A stretch of 64,000 nt of DNA from Lytechinus pictus. Its lineage: Eukaryota. The stretch's first letter is position 1; each line of letters starts with the position of its first letter. The position numbers and the translations under genes were made by a program. Of this stretch, positions 1-15,304 are shown in pieces. The notes under the pieces were generated by a model, which did not search any database, was not told where the DNA came from, and worked only from the letters and a program-made list of their open reading frames with translations. The stretch spans positions 19,842,001 through 19,906,000 of the forward strand of contig NC_087251.1 of the NCBI RefSeq assembly GCF_037042905.1, given 5' to 3'.

Positions 1-437
1 ATTTACATCTGCCCTGCTGCACATGTAATTGACTATTAACAGAGGTATACATTGTACAAGGGAAAAGGACGAAACACTTATGGGATCAAATGACAAAAAT
101 GACACAATTTAGTTAAAACACTTCCCATTAAGTTCCACACCTAATATCGTAAAATCATAATATTGTGTGTCTAAACCAAATTTGAAGGACATAAGCTTCA
201 ACAAATAAACATCGGGCAAATGAAAACTTTACATACCTAGGTTATTCAAAGATAATGGCATTAAAAACAAGGTTTTTTTAAGTGTATAAGGAACTAATGC
301 TTTTAATGGAAGACGGTCCACGTATTGTAGGTTGTCATTGAACAGCAAGTGTGTAGTTATTTGGAAGCCCTTGTCTAAAGCTCGAATCTAGTAACACCTC
401 CTCCTGTCAGCATCCCAATCCAATGTTAACCCAATCA

Positions 438-580
438 GGGGTCCGTAACACAAGAGTTTACGATCAACTACAAATTTAAATCAACACTTCTGATTGGCCA
501 GTGGTCAGTTTTTGTTCACAATGCGCTTGCAGTGATGATCTCGATTGGACAACTGCCATTTTGTCGTCGATTTTAATCCT
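438..580 (+). mobile_element. Possible truncated DNA-transposon end
   Basis: Begins GGGGTCCGTAACACAA, followed by two GATTGG words, as in common MITE ends. No partner inverted repeat was found. Confidence 0.25.
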
Positions 581-1589
581 AAATAAAACACGATGACCTG
601 AACATCAGGAGCGACTCAAGAAAGGGAGGAATGGAAATAGGGAAACGTTTCCACTATTTGAAACTCGTTGTTCTTAGACCTCAATGCTGTAATGGATTGT
701 TGATTCGATGTCATAATTAACATGGTAAAATAAAGAAATTGATGAATCCTAACAAATTGGAATCAAGAGGACTCTTGTCAAAATAGCAATCAATTAGTTA
801 TTTCTTTATAACTTCTCCCGCTTTCTTAGAGTTATAAAAACAATAGTCCTCTAATATATTCCTATGTAGAGTTACTGCAAAAATCGGGAGAAAAAAACCA
901 AATGAAGAAGATTACCACAAAATGATTTTCCCCCTTTTTACTATGACGACATCTTTATGATTTTCAAACATCAAACAAGTCATTTGTCAATGACACATCC
1001 AACTGAAAGAGACGTCTCAAATCTAATACGAAAGAGGAGAAAGAAATGATGTAATTTGACCTGAAGATTCCATTATTTAGGTGTGGTTAGATAGTGTTTC
1101 TTTGTCATGCAGCAAGTAACATTAATCAACGTCTTAGCTAAATATGATCCTGCTAATGAGTCTCGCCAGGAAACAGCCATTTTGGGGGACGATCATCATT
1201 GATAAATTATATTTCGTTTTCCTACGTATTCTCTTGAAACAGTTCCTTAAAATGTTATAATTCTTCTAATACTTTCGAAATTTTTCACCATAAACCTTAC
1301 CTCATTTATCCAATCCCTTACTCCTTTAAATCAGTATTTGTTTGTAATCATCTTGTATAAAATTGAAAAAAAAATCCTTAGGATTATTTGAATCTACGTG
1401 TTGGGAGGATTTCACTCACAAAAGACGAGGAAGAGACCAGATAATGTCAAAGTGTTGTTAAAAAATAGATCAAATAATACAATAATTACATATAACTTTT
1501 TTTTTTCATTTGTCCAAATGAAAAATAAGTTTATATTTTGGACGAAAATGTCAAAGAGTATGGAACTATACATAGACATCTGCAAGACT

Positions 1590-1696
1590 GATTGATTGAT
1601 TGATTGATTGATTGACTGATTGATTGATTGATCGATTGATAGATAGATAGATAGATAGATAGATTGGTCGATTGGCTGATTGATTGATTGATTGAT
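1590..1696. repeat. Compound (GATT)n/(GATA)n microsatellite
   Basis: Directly visible. Confidence 0.95.
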
Positions 1697-4600
1697 TTTA
1701 TTCTTCTTCATTTCAAACTCAAATAGAATAATAAGGTAAGTAAAAAGCAGAATATGAATAACAGAAATGAAAAAAGGGAACGGACCATGCCCATTGGAAA
1801 GCATCGATTGTTTATGTGAGTCCCATGCAATGAATAACTGATTTAGATATATCAAATACAAATAGTTATTAACAAGGTTCTATAGAATAATAAAAAAAGA
1901 ATACTATGTGCGAAAAATTCATACAATTATGACAATATATCATACCCTGGTATAGAAAAAATAAACAAACCTAAGATACAGATAGAGCATAGACAAGACG
2001 GAAAATAATAAAAGTAAAGCAAAACAAAAAAATCAAAGACGGTGTACAAAGGAGGATAAGACAGGACACACTAGACAAGAAAAAACAAAACAAACAAGAA
2101 ACATTCACATTAGCAATTAAGAGAGAAGATAAAGGTTAGAGGAGAGGGGGAGAGAGAATGAGAAAGAGAGAAAGAGGATGATGCTGCTTCGGTAGAAACG
2201 TTGGAGATCTGCAATTTATATTTATGGATTATAATTTGTTGAACCCTTTATTATCTATCAATGTAAATCTTTGATTATACACTAACCATAAGTGACTTTA
2301 AAACTTGCCTTAATTGTGTCGCATTATGCTACAGTCATGACAGTGACAAATGAACAAATCTGGTAGATCCCTACCCTTCCCATGTTAGTCAGTATCTATT
2401 TGAAATTATATTAAATTCAATTAAGAAACGTATGTAACTCCCAATATTTCATAAAGTGTAAGCTAAACCCCGTACACTGATATATTTCTGATATCAAAAT
2501 AAATCATTTCAAACCTTAACCACTCATATCACAAATTTTTAAGAGTAGATTATCAGGAAATGAGAAGTATATGGGTATAAATATATTATATCGGTACTCT
2601 CCTTTAACTATGTTATCAAATTCTATACATAAAATCTACATATATTAAATTTTGAATCTGAATCACATTAATGACTGATCTGCCTGTAAATCTGAATAAA
2701 AATGTTTTTAATTGTCATGGTCTATACTTCAGGCTAAATAATACATTTTGGATAAAATTCCATTCGAATTAACCATAACCAAAATACACTTTAAAGTGCA
2801 AGAATATTTTCTTTTTTTATTCAGTAAATTTTTAAAAATGGTTTCCTAATTTTCGATTAAAGAAATGTCTTCATACCACTACTTAATCACAAACTTCGTA
2901 AAGTATTTGTGATCAGAAATTGACAGGATTACCTTTAACTGTTGTAAATGGACACTAGCAAGCGATGCAACGAATACATAAGTGGTATTAATGATAGTGA
3001 CCCTTGTCACATGAGGTACTTTCCCCTGATATGAAATATATCCAAGGACATACTCTGAATGATTATATCACCCATCACATCCCTTTGGCGGTGGTAGATA
3101 CTTTAATCACGGCAATGGCGATTATGTTCAGCCAGCTGAGTTTATACGTTCGTTTAATTCGGTTTTAATCTCAAGATCTTTCAGTTAACTATGCTCTGCC
3201 TTAAGATTCAACGCGATATATATCATTGTGTAATTTCATTTATAGTTAAAACAAAAAAATATGTCACACTCAATTAATTTAAGCATGACTTAAGTAAAAC
3301 TTAAATCCATACTTACCACGATTTAGAACGGTTTACAACAAACAACCGGATTGGTCAAATCATACTAAACATGCTAAAGTGACGCGCTTTATGGAACCAA
3401 TAATGCGATTGTTTTGTTTATATATATAATATATGTTTGATTTGTATTTGTTTATAATGTTAATGATGGAAATGAAAATAAAAACTTGATCTTGAACTTG
3501 AATTGCGCGTTTAGTGTTACGCAGTATTTAAGAAGAATTTTAATTCACATCCAACAGTTCTCACCTCGTTGAGATGCATTATTTCATGAAATCGACCTGA
3601 TATAAATAGTATTTCGGGAATAAATACAAATCAATGAGCTTTACCATGTTTTCAAATAGGGCCTGCATGGCTAGCTACTGTGATTAACTATATTTTCATA
3701 CTACTCTTTCTTCTTTACACATAATGCTATTCACATGTTGCAATAAAGAATGGAACAAATGATTTGATGTTATATCAAGTGGAAAGATTATTTATTACTC
3801 TGATTCCCTAGTCCCGTATAAACACAGCCCTCCGTCAAAATAATTCTCTTTATGAAATTCAATCACATTGTTCATACGTAGAAAATATATGGGAATATTT
3901 GGTTAGATTTCCTTCCTGTAATGAAATATACTTCGCAATAACACAGTTGAACTTTTAAGAGTGTTATTTCCTTATAACGATATTATTTTAGAGTTATGTT
4001 TTGTTTATGAAATTAATCTCACTCGTTGTACCCCTTTCAATTAACAATATGTCACGATTAACATTAAAACACCCACACGGACAAGATGACAATAATTATT
4101 TATTATTCTATGAGTTTCAAACTGAAACAAGTATGTTGTGAATAGTAGAAAACAAACTAGCAAGGGGCACTGTATAGTCCAGTATCACAAATATCATAAT
4201 GATGAGCGAACATAAAATAATATTTTGTTTATGCAGCAGTCCCAGATTATCGTAAATGTTTTATTCATTCGCTGATTTGTTTTTGTTATGTATTTATTTA
4301 CACATTCATCAATTCCTTTTCTATCCCACATCATCTAATTTCATAATATATTTTATTTTCATTATATTTATATCTCTCACAGACACCTGGTAAATGTGTC
4401 GTTTATATTATTATTGTTTTGGAACGAGCCTGACGCGCAAACCGGCAGATTTTTGTTTTCTATCTACCTAATAACAGACCCATCTTTTCCATGCACAGCG
4501 TGAGTGCACTTCAAAATTTATCCAACATCTTCAATGAATACGGGGACCCAGTATTGTGAAGTGCTTATTTCCGCAATTGTCACCCATTTTATTTCATGAA

Positions 4601-5378
4601 CCAGGCCCATGATGAGATATTTTTTTGCCCAATGAGTGCTTGAAAACAAAACACAAAAAAGACCACATTTAAATATTCGTCAACAAAATATATTGAAAAG
4701 TGTATAAACATTATCTTAATTTAACGAAATTATATGAACAATGAAATGAATAACTATTATGAAAAATTAATATTCATTTATGATTTATAATTATTTATCA
4801 TAATTATATAATATTTACAATTTTTTTAATCAGACGCTCCGGTTAAGTATGAAAATTAGTATGATTTAATAGTGATTTGATATGTTTTGTGTATTAGCTG
4901 TTGAGACTGCTTGTCATCTGTTTTATGTCAATATCGGAGCTGTTTAAAGACAACGTTAGGAGTACACATGAGAAGTCCCAATTCGCTGCTCCGTTGATGA
5001 CCCATGAGCAGCATCTCATTCCCACAGCAGCTCTTGGACAAGCAGGGCAAATCGAAACTCGCTCAATCTAACCGTCTGCTCCGAAAGAGAGGGAGGACAA
5101 AAATCTCAGCTTGTTACAGAGCCAATGCAAGGAGACGGACGGAGGAGATATTTTCAGGTCTGACATTACATGGCAGCTAAACGTTGGAGAAAGAGGAGGA
5201 GGTATGGAAAGAGAAGGAAAGAAAAGAATAGCATGGGTCCATTCAAAGTTCGATCTACAGGACTCATGTTTATTCACTAGAAATCTAAAGATTTTCTCAA
5301 AAGAGTATCGAGCATGGCGACACCTCGACCCGATCAATGTGACTAACATGAGATATCAGGTTTTAAGAGATGCTCTAA

Positions 5379-5424
5379 CTCTCTCCCTCCCTTTCTCTCT
5401 CTCTCTCTCTCTCTCGCTGTCTCT
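5379..5424. repeat. (CT)n microsatellite
   Basis: Directly visible. Confidence 0.9.
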
Positions 5425-8400
5425 ATGGAACTGCACGCCGCAAATGGTATATCTTCATGCATCATTACATTACATCCAGGCTCTATTCCTTCATCTTACT
5501 CCTCTCACTCCACCTCGCTCTTCTGTCTCTCCTACATGCCTATTTCCTTTCTTTCGACGTCGTTTTCTTCTCTTGTTTTGTTTCAAGGAGGTGTAAATTG
5601 GAGGAAATTAGCATCAGGCGTAAATGGGGGCGGCATTGTCCAGATGTGAAAGGAACTTGGAATTGATTGCACTCGAACGAAACTAGTGGCTAGCTTCACA
5701 TGGCATATCCAGAAAGAGCAGAGGGAAGTTTGGAATTGTCTGCTAACCGAGAGGGGGCAGTAAAGTTGGTCTTTAAATCTGAGGTGGGTTGATAACGAAT
5801 AATGAGGTGACAAAATCTACAAGCTCGTTTAAAGCTTTATAAAATAAAAAAAAATGTTTTTTTTAATCACCGAGATGACAGTGTTTTTGTTATTACTATT
5901 TTTTTGTTTATATATATTTAACAATAAATCAAGCACAATAATTACAAATTCATGTAAAACATACTGTGGTAATTAATTAGATATTCAATATATGCATTGA
6001 ATGACAAAATCAAATCCATGTATAAAGGGTTATCTTTGAATTGACTAATTTTCAGATTGAGATGATGCTTTCATATGAAATGGCGAGTTTCGAAATCTCT
6101 TGACAGTAAAATACAAACAAATTCATATTGATTGTGGGTACAAAACTGGTAAGATCATTCCTAACCACTAAAAACCCTCATCCGATTCGCTCAATTTAAA
6201 AAATCGTGTCAATGTGTCCAGACTCTGCCTTACAAGTTCATTGATCTACGAGTTGATAAATGACCGCAAAAAATCCAAATGGTAAAGATGAGGGCAAGGG
6301 GGTAACAGTGATAGAAAGAAGATATAATAGGGTAAACGAGGTAATTATCATTCCCCTCCCCACCCTCCCCTTCCCGGTTTACCTATTTTGGTCACCCATT
6401 ACAATGTTGAAGTCGATATGAATTGACATGAAGCCAAAACTTTTGATTTCCTAGGCTTAACAGCCATATCCTTTGTCCCGGTCAACCCCAAATTGTAATA
6501 ACCGTCCCCGAGTCTCATGATTATTTCTTTTCATCAAGAGGATTCAGAAGACAGGGATTAGGGCAATATAAGCTGAGGAAGGAAAGTAATAGCACAAATA
6601 TGGGGAAAATAGGGTTCTTACCTGCTTTCGAAACTTTTATCTCGAAATTTAGTTGAGCGTCTGCATGCGACGTCATTGATGAGGTAAATTGTTTATTTTG
6701 CGCTCATCCGGGCAAGCTGAAACTGGCTATCAAGACGGACATTCCCTCTGACATCACATCACCGAGAGAGGGCCTACTTCCATCGAGGTCATGCTCACGG
6801 CCTCCTCCTCGAGTTCAAAGGTCACCACCTACAGTCGATGAAACATCAGGATGAAAATACTAATACACTTACCATGACCTAAAATACATGAATGAATCTA
6901 GGAGAAGGGCATCCGATATCATATGCTTACACCAAGTCCATGCTTACACAGAGACAAACTTCTCATGGTCTGAAATACTTTAAGATATGGATAAATCTAG
7001 GAGGCCGAAATGTACACAACGCATCATTCAATATAACAACAATTTTTAACAGAAACAATAAAACCCAATGATACTACTGCATATAAAAAAGAGAGCACAG
7101 CATAATAAGCTATGTGTTATCGCTGCACAGATTTCTCACTTTCGATACTCTTTTTTTTTCTTACAATTTTTTGTACATGTCCACAATTTATGTCACTCTG
7201 TCCTAATTAACTTCCGAACAATTTCTGTTTTACAGGGCAAAAATGGGGGAATAATTCAGACGAGACATTTGAACCCGTAGAAAACCCGATACCCATATGC
7301 TTCAACTTCCTCTTGTGAATTGCTCAACTCCACATGAGCTTTGTTTTATAAAGGCAGAATGCTATCGTGTTTCATATCTACCAATGGTTTCTTTCGCATC
7401 TTCCACTCTTTCCCTCCCCTCAAAAACACTTTGGTTATTCAAAAAATGTATCCCCATAGATTTCAAAAGAGTAAGTTTCAATCTGTGTTGAATGGTGCGA
7501 CCAGAGTTTTACAGCATTACAATGAACCTGAAGGGCCACGATGTCGTTATGTATCGGAGGAAACGAAAGAAAATATTCAAGCTTTATACGAATTATAGAA
7601 ATGTGTTCATTTTCCAACGTATAACAAAGTGTGTAAAGACTTATTTATTTTTGTTTTGATATTTCCTTATTTCCCCTTTATGTACACTAAAAAAAAGAGA
7701 AAAAATGAAGCCCCCAGTTCACTCAATTTCCGACTTAACGTTCTCATGGCATAATAAAGTGCTCAACATTTTGTGATAGAGCTAATTTTCGGAACAAGAC
7801 TTTATACATTATAGCGGTCCTTGCAACCAAAACGAAATCTATTCTAAAACAATATTATCTCTTATAACACGGTCTTTAAAAGCACATATATATTTATACC
7901 CCAACAGGCAAAAATAATTAAGAGAAGGAAGGATGTTACCCTTAAACTTGATAATGAAATACAATATATACCACCATGATAATTTCGGTTTAAAATTTGT
8001 GCCAAAATAAATCGGGAATTAACGGAATGCGTTTAGACAAGCAGTATGGCCTTATTCATTGCAATGATTTGTAATGAACACTATAATAGCAGTCTATATT
8101 AAGCGAAAGAGCAGAAAATCTCTGAAACTTCAAAGGAGGTACTATAGACACATTTATTATGCAACGTTGCATACGTGTATAAGTGTATTCTGTCCCCCGG
8201 AACCTTTAATCATTATGAGAAATTTTGTGAAAATGAGTCTGTGTATTTACATATCATCAGTCTCGAACAGATGCCGTGGCAAAAAGTGAAATCCACACCT
8301 CCCCACAGCGTTCTAGACTAAAATATAAATTATATGGCAGGCCGTTGCCATATGCATATACAGGGCAACACCTTAAACACATAATATGTCTATGAAATAT

Positions 8401-11311
8401 TTGCTTAACAGGAGCTTTGGAGACGAAATTTGAAAAGTAAATGAATTTCATGATAAAATGACATTATATGAATTTGATATTCACGTTTATTTCACTTGTA
8501 TTTTCTGATCAACGTAGCATTGATATACATGTACACCATTTCATTGTTGTTTATACATTGACTTCATAATCACTGTATAGATTTAATCTAACAAATATAT
8601 ATTAATCAGTTTAACAATCAGTACTATAAAATCATGTCTATTTTTAATCAAGATACCCGCTTTCACTAACTAGCTCTATTCTAAGCACACTCAGTTCCAT
8701 ATAAGAATTGGAAAAAAAATGAATATAAATTTAACATCGTTATCAAATGAAATAAAGATCGAGTCAAGATAATGTAATCTTTATTTGAAAAATATAGTAA
8801 GAATTAATGATTCGCGGTTGTTGAATAACTAAGAAATATAACATAGATATATTCTTGTAATTCATACATCTGTGATGAGCCCAACTGAAACGAAATATTA
8901 AACAAGGATCCACTTCATCAATATATCTTTGTATATTTGCATCACACCAGGCCACACTGAACTATTCTAATTAAATAAACTATGTCTTTGCAAATAAGAA
9001 ACATACAGTATATATTTAACGAAAATTGTTCCATGCATTTCCCTTGCTATACCTGGAATATCAAGCACATATTCCATGATGGCGTTCTCCTGTGTACATG
9101 AGTTTTGGATTAAGAATTTAATATTGTCATTAGTATTCAAGGTTCAATAACCGATATAGTATCAGATGTTTGGACACAAAACATAAACCCATCTTCCCAT
9201 CATCAAATGTTCGGCCAAACAATTTTTACGGAGATTAGTTGCAACATCGAAGTTTCTTACATTGGTTTAAACATGGACTTACTTCACGATTATTTTTTCT
9301 CGAAATTGTATTCATTCTTAGCAATCGTGTTCGCTGAAGGAATATGGCATGTATGGAAAAACCACAAACCGTATGATGAATCATATGACCAGACTCAACG
9401 ACCCAACAGATACTCAATTTGCGAGAGTCATTCCTGGCAATGTTTACAAAGCCATTAAGTCTTAAAACGCAACTTATATCATTTATCATTCCTGTTAATG
9501 GTGAATTTTATTCTTGCATATGGTATGACATTTATCAAGGCAGATAAAAGGCAAATTGTGTACACATGGATCATTAGAATATTGTTGTATTCTTCAAACG
9601 CAATGTGGAAACTGAAACAATACATTTACACCTAATTTCGCATTTTCTGAACAAAAATAAAGTAAAATATGTATTATCTGTTAACTAATACCGTTTGACA
9701 TCTTCATTACGATACACTGAATTTTTAACTCGGAAACTGAATGCTGCTGTAACTTTGTTCCGCCTACATTGCAATCTCCATAGCACAAGAGCAAATTCCA
9801 GTTGTAAAAGGGTATTGTGATCAGATAAAAATCCACGTTGATATTTATCTATCGGCTGACCTTCCGGCTAATCTAAATGAAATATTCTTGTCATCCTTGT
9901 GGATAATTGTCAATAATATGTATAATATTTATCAATAAGACATACATGATAAGCGTATATCACAGTTATTTAATTCACATACCCTTTCTAACAGTTATCC
10001 TCTTATAGTGTTTTCATCACCCTTTTTATAACTTAGAGAAATGAAGAATAAAATATTGCAAGAATAAGAGAAAATATGTAGGTACAACGTGTTGAGCACT
10101 ATCGCCGAGCTGAGAACTTACTACCGCCGCGGCACATGTTCACTTTAACCAACAATAGACTCCCATTTAGGGGTAATAAAGGGTGGGTGTGGCTGCACCA
10201 TACGTCCAATAGAAAGGGGTGTGGACCATCTACTGATCAGTGTGTGCTTGATGCTTTCTGGTAAGAATGCATTATGACATTAATTGGTCTATAAAACATG
10301 TCCACCTGTAGACTCTCGGGTTTGTTTTGGCCTATATGTTTTTTCCACATATTACTGATTTATGTCTGCAGGTCTGGGAAGTAAAAAGTTGTTGGCTTGT
10401 GTGAGGTTATTTGTTGTTGTGACATGAAATTGCTTTGTGTTTGATCTTCAGAATTTATGATGAACTGAACAGGTATCCTTCTTCATCAGCAGTAGATTTC
10501 ATAGGAGTTGGTATGTGGAATATAAAGGGTGGATCAATGCGCATAAATCAACCTATTTAATTTAATATTCAGGACTCGGTAACGAATGAAAATAGAGAAA
10601 TCCTGGTTTTGACGGCTGTTTTTGGACGAGGTTTACCCAAATATGCTTTTATTTGTCAACTCAGTTTTTAGGTAAAAAAAACCCAAAGTATAATAAACCA
10701 CACATTAAGATCCCGTTAAGATGAGTACAGGAAAACATTGATCGAAACTCCCGCGCATGTAAGCCAAAATAGGTTGGTCAAAATGACATTTTGCATTCTC
10801 TCCGCTATCTTACTTTGATTATTTTATATCATATAAGCCTACAGTAATATAGGCCTAAGACGTTAATGCAATTTGACATGGTACACACAGGGGTAGGGTG
10901 AGAAAGCTAAAAATTGAATATTTCATAGTTGCAAACAGTATTGACATTTAAACAATAACACTATCTTTAATGAAACATCAACGCCACACAAAGTTAATTA
11001 AAGTCTGCCGTTATTTTGATTTGTACAACTCCGGCATTTTTTGTTATTTATTGTGTATAAATTAGGGGACTCACACAAAAAGAAAAGAGAGAAAATTCAA
11101 ACCATTACGAAAGCAAGCATAGAAGCTACTACAGAAGTACCGGTATACAATATATGCTTAATCAGATCATACGTACTTATTTTCATAGATATCAATTTCA
11201 AAAATATAACAATGGAATATTTAAACAATAAACCCCTTCTAAAATATAATGTTATACTTAAAATTCCTGGTGCAGACGTTTCTGATAATGAGAAAAAAAT
11301 ACATTGTCCTA

Positions 11312-11558
11312 CACTGTAAAAAAAATATTGGGTACAATTTTTACCACCACGAGGGTAATTGTGTGTCCAATCAATTTGAGGCAGTATTTCACCCAACGCG
11401 GGAAGCATATTGTCCAGTAAGGATAAAAATAAGCAGCAATTACTTTAGAATGTGCAAAATTTTCATCACACTGGATAAATAAAAATGCCCAAAAGAAATT
11501 TCCAATGTTGGTTGGACACATAATTACTTTTATACAAATATATTTTTTTTTTACAGTG
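11312..11558. mobile_element. MITE with CACTGTAAAAAAAA terminal inverted repeats
   Basis: CACTGTAAAAAAAA...TTTTTTTTACAGTG ends plus an internal inverted pair GTAATTGTGTGTCCAATCAA / TTGGTTGGACACATAATTAC. Flanks are TA and GA, so the target duplication is imperfect. Confidence 0.75.
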
Positions 11559-12082
11559 GAAGGGAATTTGGAAAATATTCCGGTATGAAACCGTATCAAA
11601 ATATATAGTTATGATTCATACATTTTTTAATGTATTCAGCCTGTTCTAGCCACTCTTTTCTTCTCCAAAAGGTCGCTAAATGTTCCCTAAGTAAAGATTT
11701 TAAAAGGAAAGATGGTGACTTACTGCATGAAACCGCTTCTTCAGACTGTACGATCGTGGTCAGAAAAAACATCTCGAACATGAGACATGTTGGATGGATG
11801 TATAGAGAGAAGACTTCACCAGCACGCTTGACGACAAAATATCGGGGGTCACACGGCAAGATGGTCAAAGAAGTTGCATTTGAAAATGCAAATATCTGTG
11901 AATCTGGGCTTCATTGTTCTCTTCTTAGTCACCATCAACAACGCTCTCTTGCGTGATAAATATTCATTCCGGAAAACAGTCTCCTCAGAAAGGGACCTTT
12001 AGGTTGTGTTGCGAGTTGGACATCACACATCGATCGGCCATCTTTTCAATCCTTGTTCTCCCTAAAACATTTTACAGGTAGG

Positions 12083-12086
<4 letters not shown>

Positions 12087-12159
<73 letters not shown>
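12087..12159. repeat. (AT)n microsatellite
   Basis: Directly visible. Confidence 0.98.
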
Positions 12160-12161
<2 letters not shown>

Positions 12162-15119
12162 AGAAACAAATAAAACTATATCCAAAATGGATAATAACTT
12201 ACCATTGTATCGTTTTTAATTGCGTGGTTGGCAGGTGGAATATGAGTGTATCGAGAACAAATTAGTAATTAATCATTATGAAAAAAAGATCATTTGCAAA
12301 CTGACAAAATTCTTTACTTTTTGAAAACAAATTTTAAAAAAGCCAACAACTATATATGAAAGAGCATTCTGTGTCATTTCTCTCCTATATTCTGTTAGTT
12401 ACCACCTTATTACAGCTGTGTTGTGAAGATGTACGGGATAATGACGAGATATATGGATCAAAATATGATAAATTACAGTCGAAGTCAGTGATGAAGACGA
12501 TAACAATGGTAACCACACCAACATTCATGAAAACTGTATTGGAGATGTATAGACTTCGGCTTTGAGACGAGTTCATGGCGAAAGCATTTAACGAGTCTTC
12601 ACATCGTCTTCAATGTCGTCGTCGTCGTCGTGAGAAAAATCGGTTGAAGGAGCATTAGTTTAATATTTTTTTTCTGATAATCCCTTTACTTGTTCTCTCG
12701 CTCCATCCTTTTTTTACATTCTTATATACCTATTCAGATATAAATTTTGTTACGAATGATATAGTTTTCTAATCCCGATACACTATGTTTACCTTCAAAA
12801 TACATAGACCATTTAGGCCACGGAGGCCATGTGATATGAGTGTCCCATGCAAACAGTTATCCTGGCCTTACATTCGTCAAAATATTAATGGATATGTTCT
12901 CAATTTGAAGGACTTATATAAAAACAAATAAAAATTGTTTTTATTTGTTATTTCGTGGAGATGCAGGTGAACAGGAATCATGTGCAAATCTGAAGATGGT
13001 GAAATGAAGTGTGAGATAATTTCTTATACTTTTATCATAATCTTTGCTAAAAATGAATATATAGTAATAATTGTACTAGACTTGCCATTAACCAATGTAG
13101 ACGGTTTTTTTATTAGAAACATCATAATATTATTTCTTTACAAAGAATAAATACTTTATGAGAAAACAAATCATCTAATACAAAAACGAATAAAAATCGG
13201 TGAAAATATGACAATATGAGAATATGAGTATGACAACCCAAAGATACTGATTACCTTAGCAATTAAGATAGTTGCCTCGGATAATGTGTACCTATACATC
13301 ATGCTTTTTTAATGCAATATGACACATCCATATTGAATACATATTTATTCAGAATGCAACCTTATAATCCATTTCTATGATATATATACAAATAACGAAA
13401 AGTATTTTGTAACTTTAGCATACTTTTTAAAATGTTTACAGCATTCATGCCACGAATATGTTCATAAGGAAGAAAAGAATGAAAAATAACCCCTACATAC
13501 CATTTTGCCAATATGACCAAACATGTCAAAGGGTCGTCATAATTTATGCCAAAGTTCTCAATACATTATCAATTGTTTTATCAAAATGTATATAAATCAG
13601 GTCTATTCTACAGCACAAAATTATGTTAAAAGATCACTTTGTATCTAAAAAAGAGCAATTCTGTATTATTCTTGCATCAATAAACATCGATTCTTGACAC
13701 AGAGATAGTATATTTGTTGATATATTTTGATGGATATCTATAGAAGATGATAGTAAATAAAGAGGCTTTAATAGGAGAAATTATAATTTGTAAACAATTT
13801 ATTTTTTCTGACTTATGATTTTCATTTCAGATCGAGCATGAGATCTTAAACACATAAGAGTAATTTTGTTTACAAATTAAAGAAGATGATGTTTCCCAAG
13901 ATTTCACCGAAAATGATCACCGAAAATGAATTTACTGTCGTAAAAAAAGTATTCATGATTTCATATCAAAATATAACCCCTAAAATTATGAGGACTTGTC
14001 TTTTCCTCGGCAATCAGCGGCGTCACAAATACATAATCATGTATTCCCCTTACCTTATGTCAATAGGTTCGGCAACCCTTTCAATTTCGATTATTCATTC
14101 TCCCCCCCCCCCCCTATCCCTCCTCCTCTCTCTTTATTTCTTTCTTACTTTCTTTCTTTCAATCATTATTTCTTCTCTTCTATACATTTCTTTCCTCTTC
14201 TCTTCTTTTTCTTTTCTGTTTTTCGAACCACGCCAAACTTTGGCTTATTTCTTACCAGGTGAACAATGCCTCGTCTCCACGTTATTGACACGGTAAATGG
14301 GTAAGTAATGATACAGCTTTGGTGACATAGTAACTAAATACTTACAGCAAGAAAATCATCGGGGGCCCTTGCCGGCTCTGCCAGTGTACACATGTGGCTT
14401 TAGAACACATCCAGAGAAAGAGCATTTGTCACACAGGGGTTTTCAAAGCCAGCATGTGGCCCTACATCCAGCCCCATGCGCTATTATGGCACGTAGAGCT
14501 TTGCTATAGTATATGATAATGGTAGGTGACTAATATTCACCCAAAGACTTATAAACAGAATTTTCCACAACGAGAGAGGGGGGAAATAGTGGAAAATAAA
14601 TGCATCAGTAACCTGAATCAAACATAATGCACACATTTCTTAATCTTACTGTTTTATGATGATTTTCATCGTGTATATAATGTTATATATATGTGAAGTA
14701 AATGTCCGTGTATATATGTGTATGTATAATGTGCGTGTGTGTATGGAATGTACATGCATAGTATTATATTGAATATCGTATGTAAAATAATGTCAAACAA
14801 AATAATCAAAGTTGTGTTGTTATTCATGATAAATGTGTGAATTTACATCCATTCGCGAGTGAAAAATCGCGTTCTATACTGCAAAGAAATGCCACAATTT
14901 GAAGTTGCTATGTTTATTTCAATGATGTAATAAGATTTCGATATGACACCCACTCTGGCAAGACAAGTGAAATTGGGCACCTTCTTGATGGTACATAACA
15001 CTGATCACATCTGGTATTATGTGTTCCATAGGTAAGTATGAATATTAGAAGGTATCATTCTGTCGTATATTTCATTTGTAAATTTGATACAACAATCAAT
15101 TATAAATAAAAATACATTT

Positions 15120-15266
15120 TAATGCAAATGCAAAATCCATGATATATGATTTATAGATTTAAAATAATTTTTGCACACAACAGTGCAAGAACTAATGCAA
15201 ATGCAAAATCCATGATATATGACTTACAGATTTAAAATCATTTTTGCACACAACAGTGCAAGAACT
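15120..15266. repeat. 73-bp tandem duplication (2 copies)
   Basis: TAATGCAAATGCAAAATCCATGATATATGA...TTTTTGCACACAACAGTGCAAGAAC at 15120 and 15193, with about three substitutions. Confidence 0.95.
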
Positions 15267-15304
15267 TGACTTATATTCAACATAGAAGGATAGAAGGATT
15301 AATA

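Noticed and set aside
1412..1861. 149-aa ORF with INQS/SIYL repeats
   Set aside because: Produced by the (GATT)/(GATA) microsatellite.
5111..5596. 161-aa ORF
   Set aside because: TTG start, no domain, runs through a (CT)n tract.
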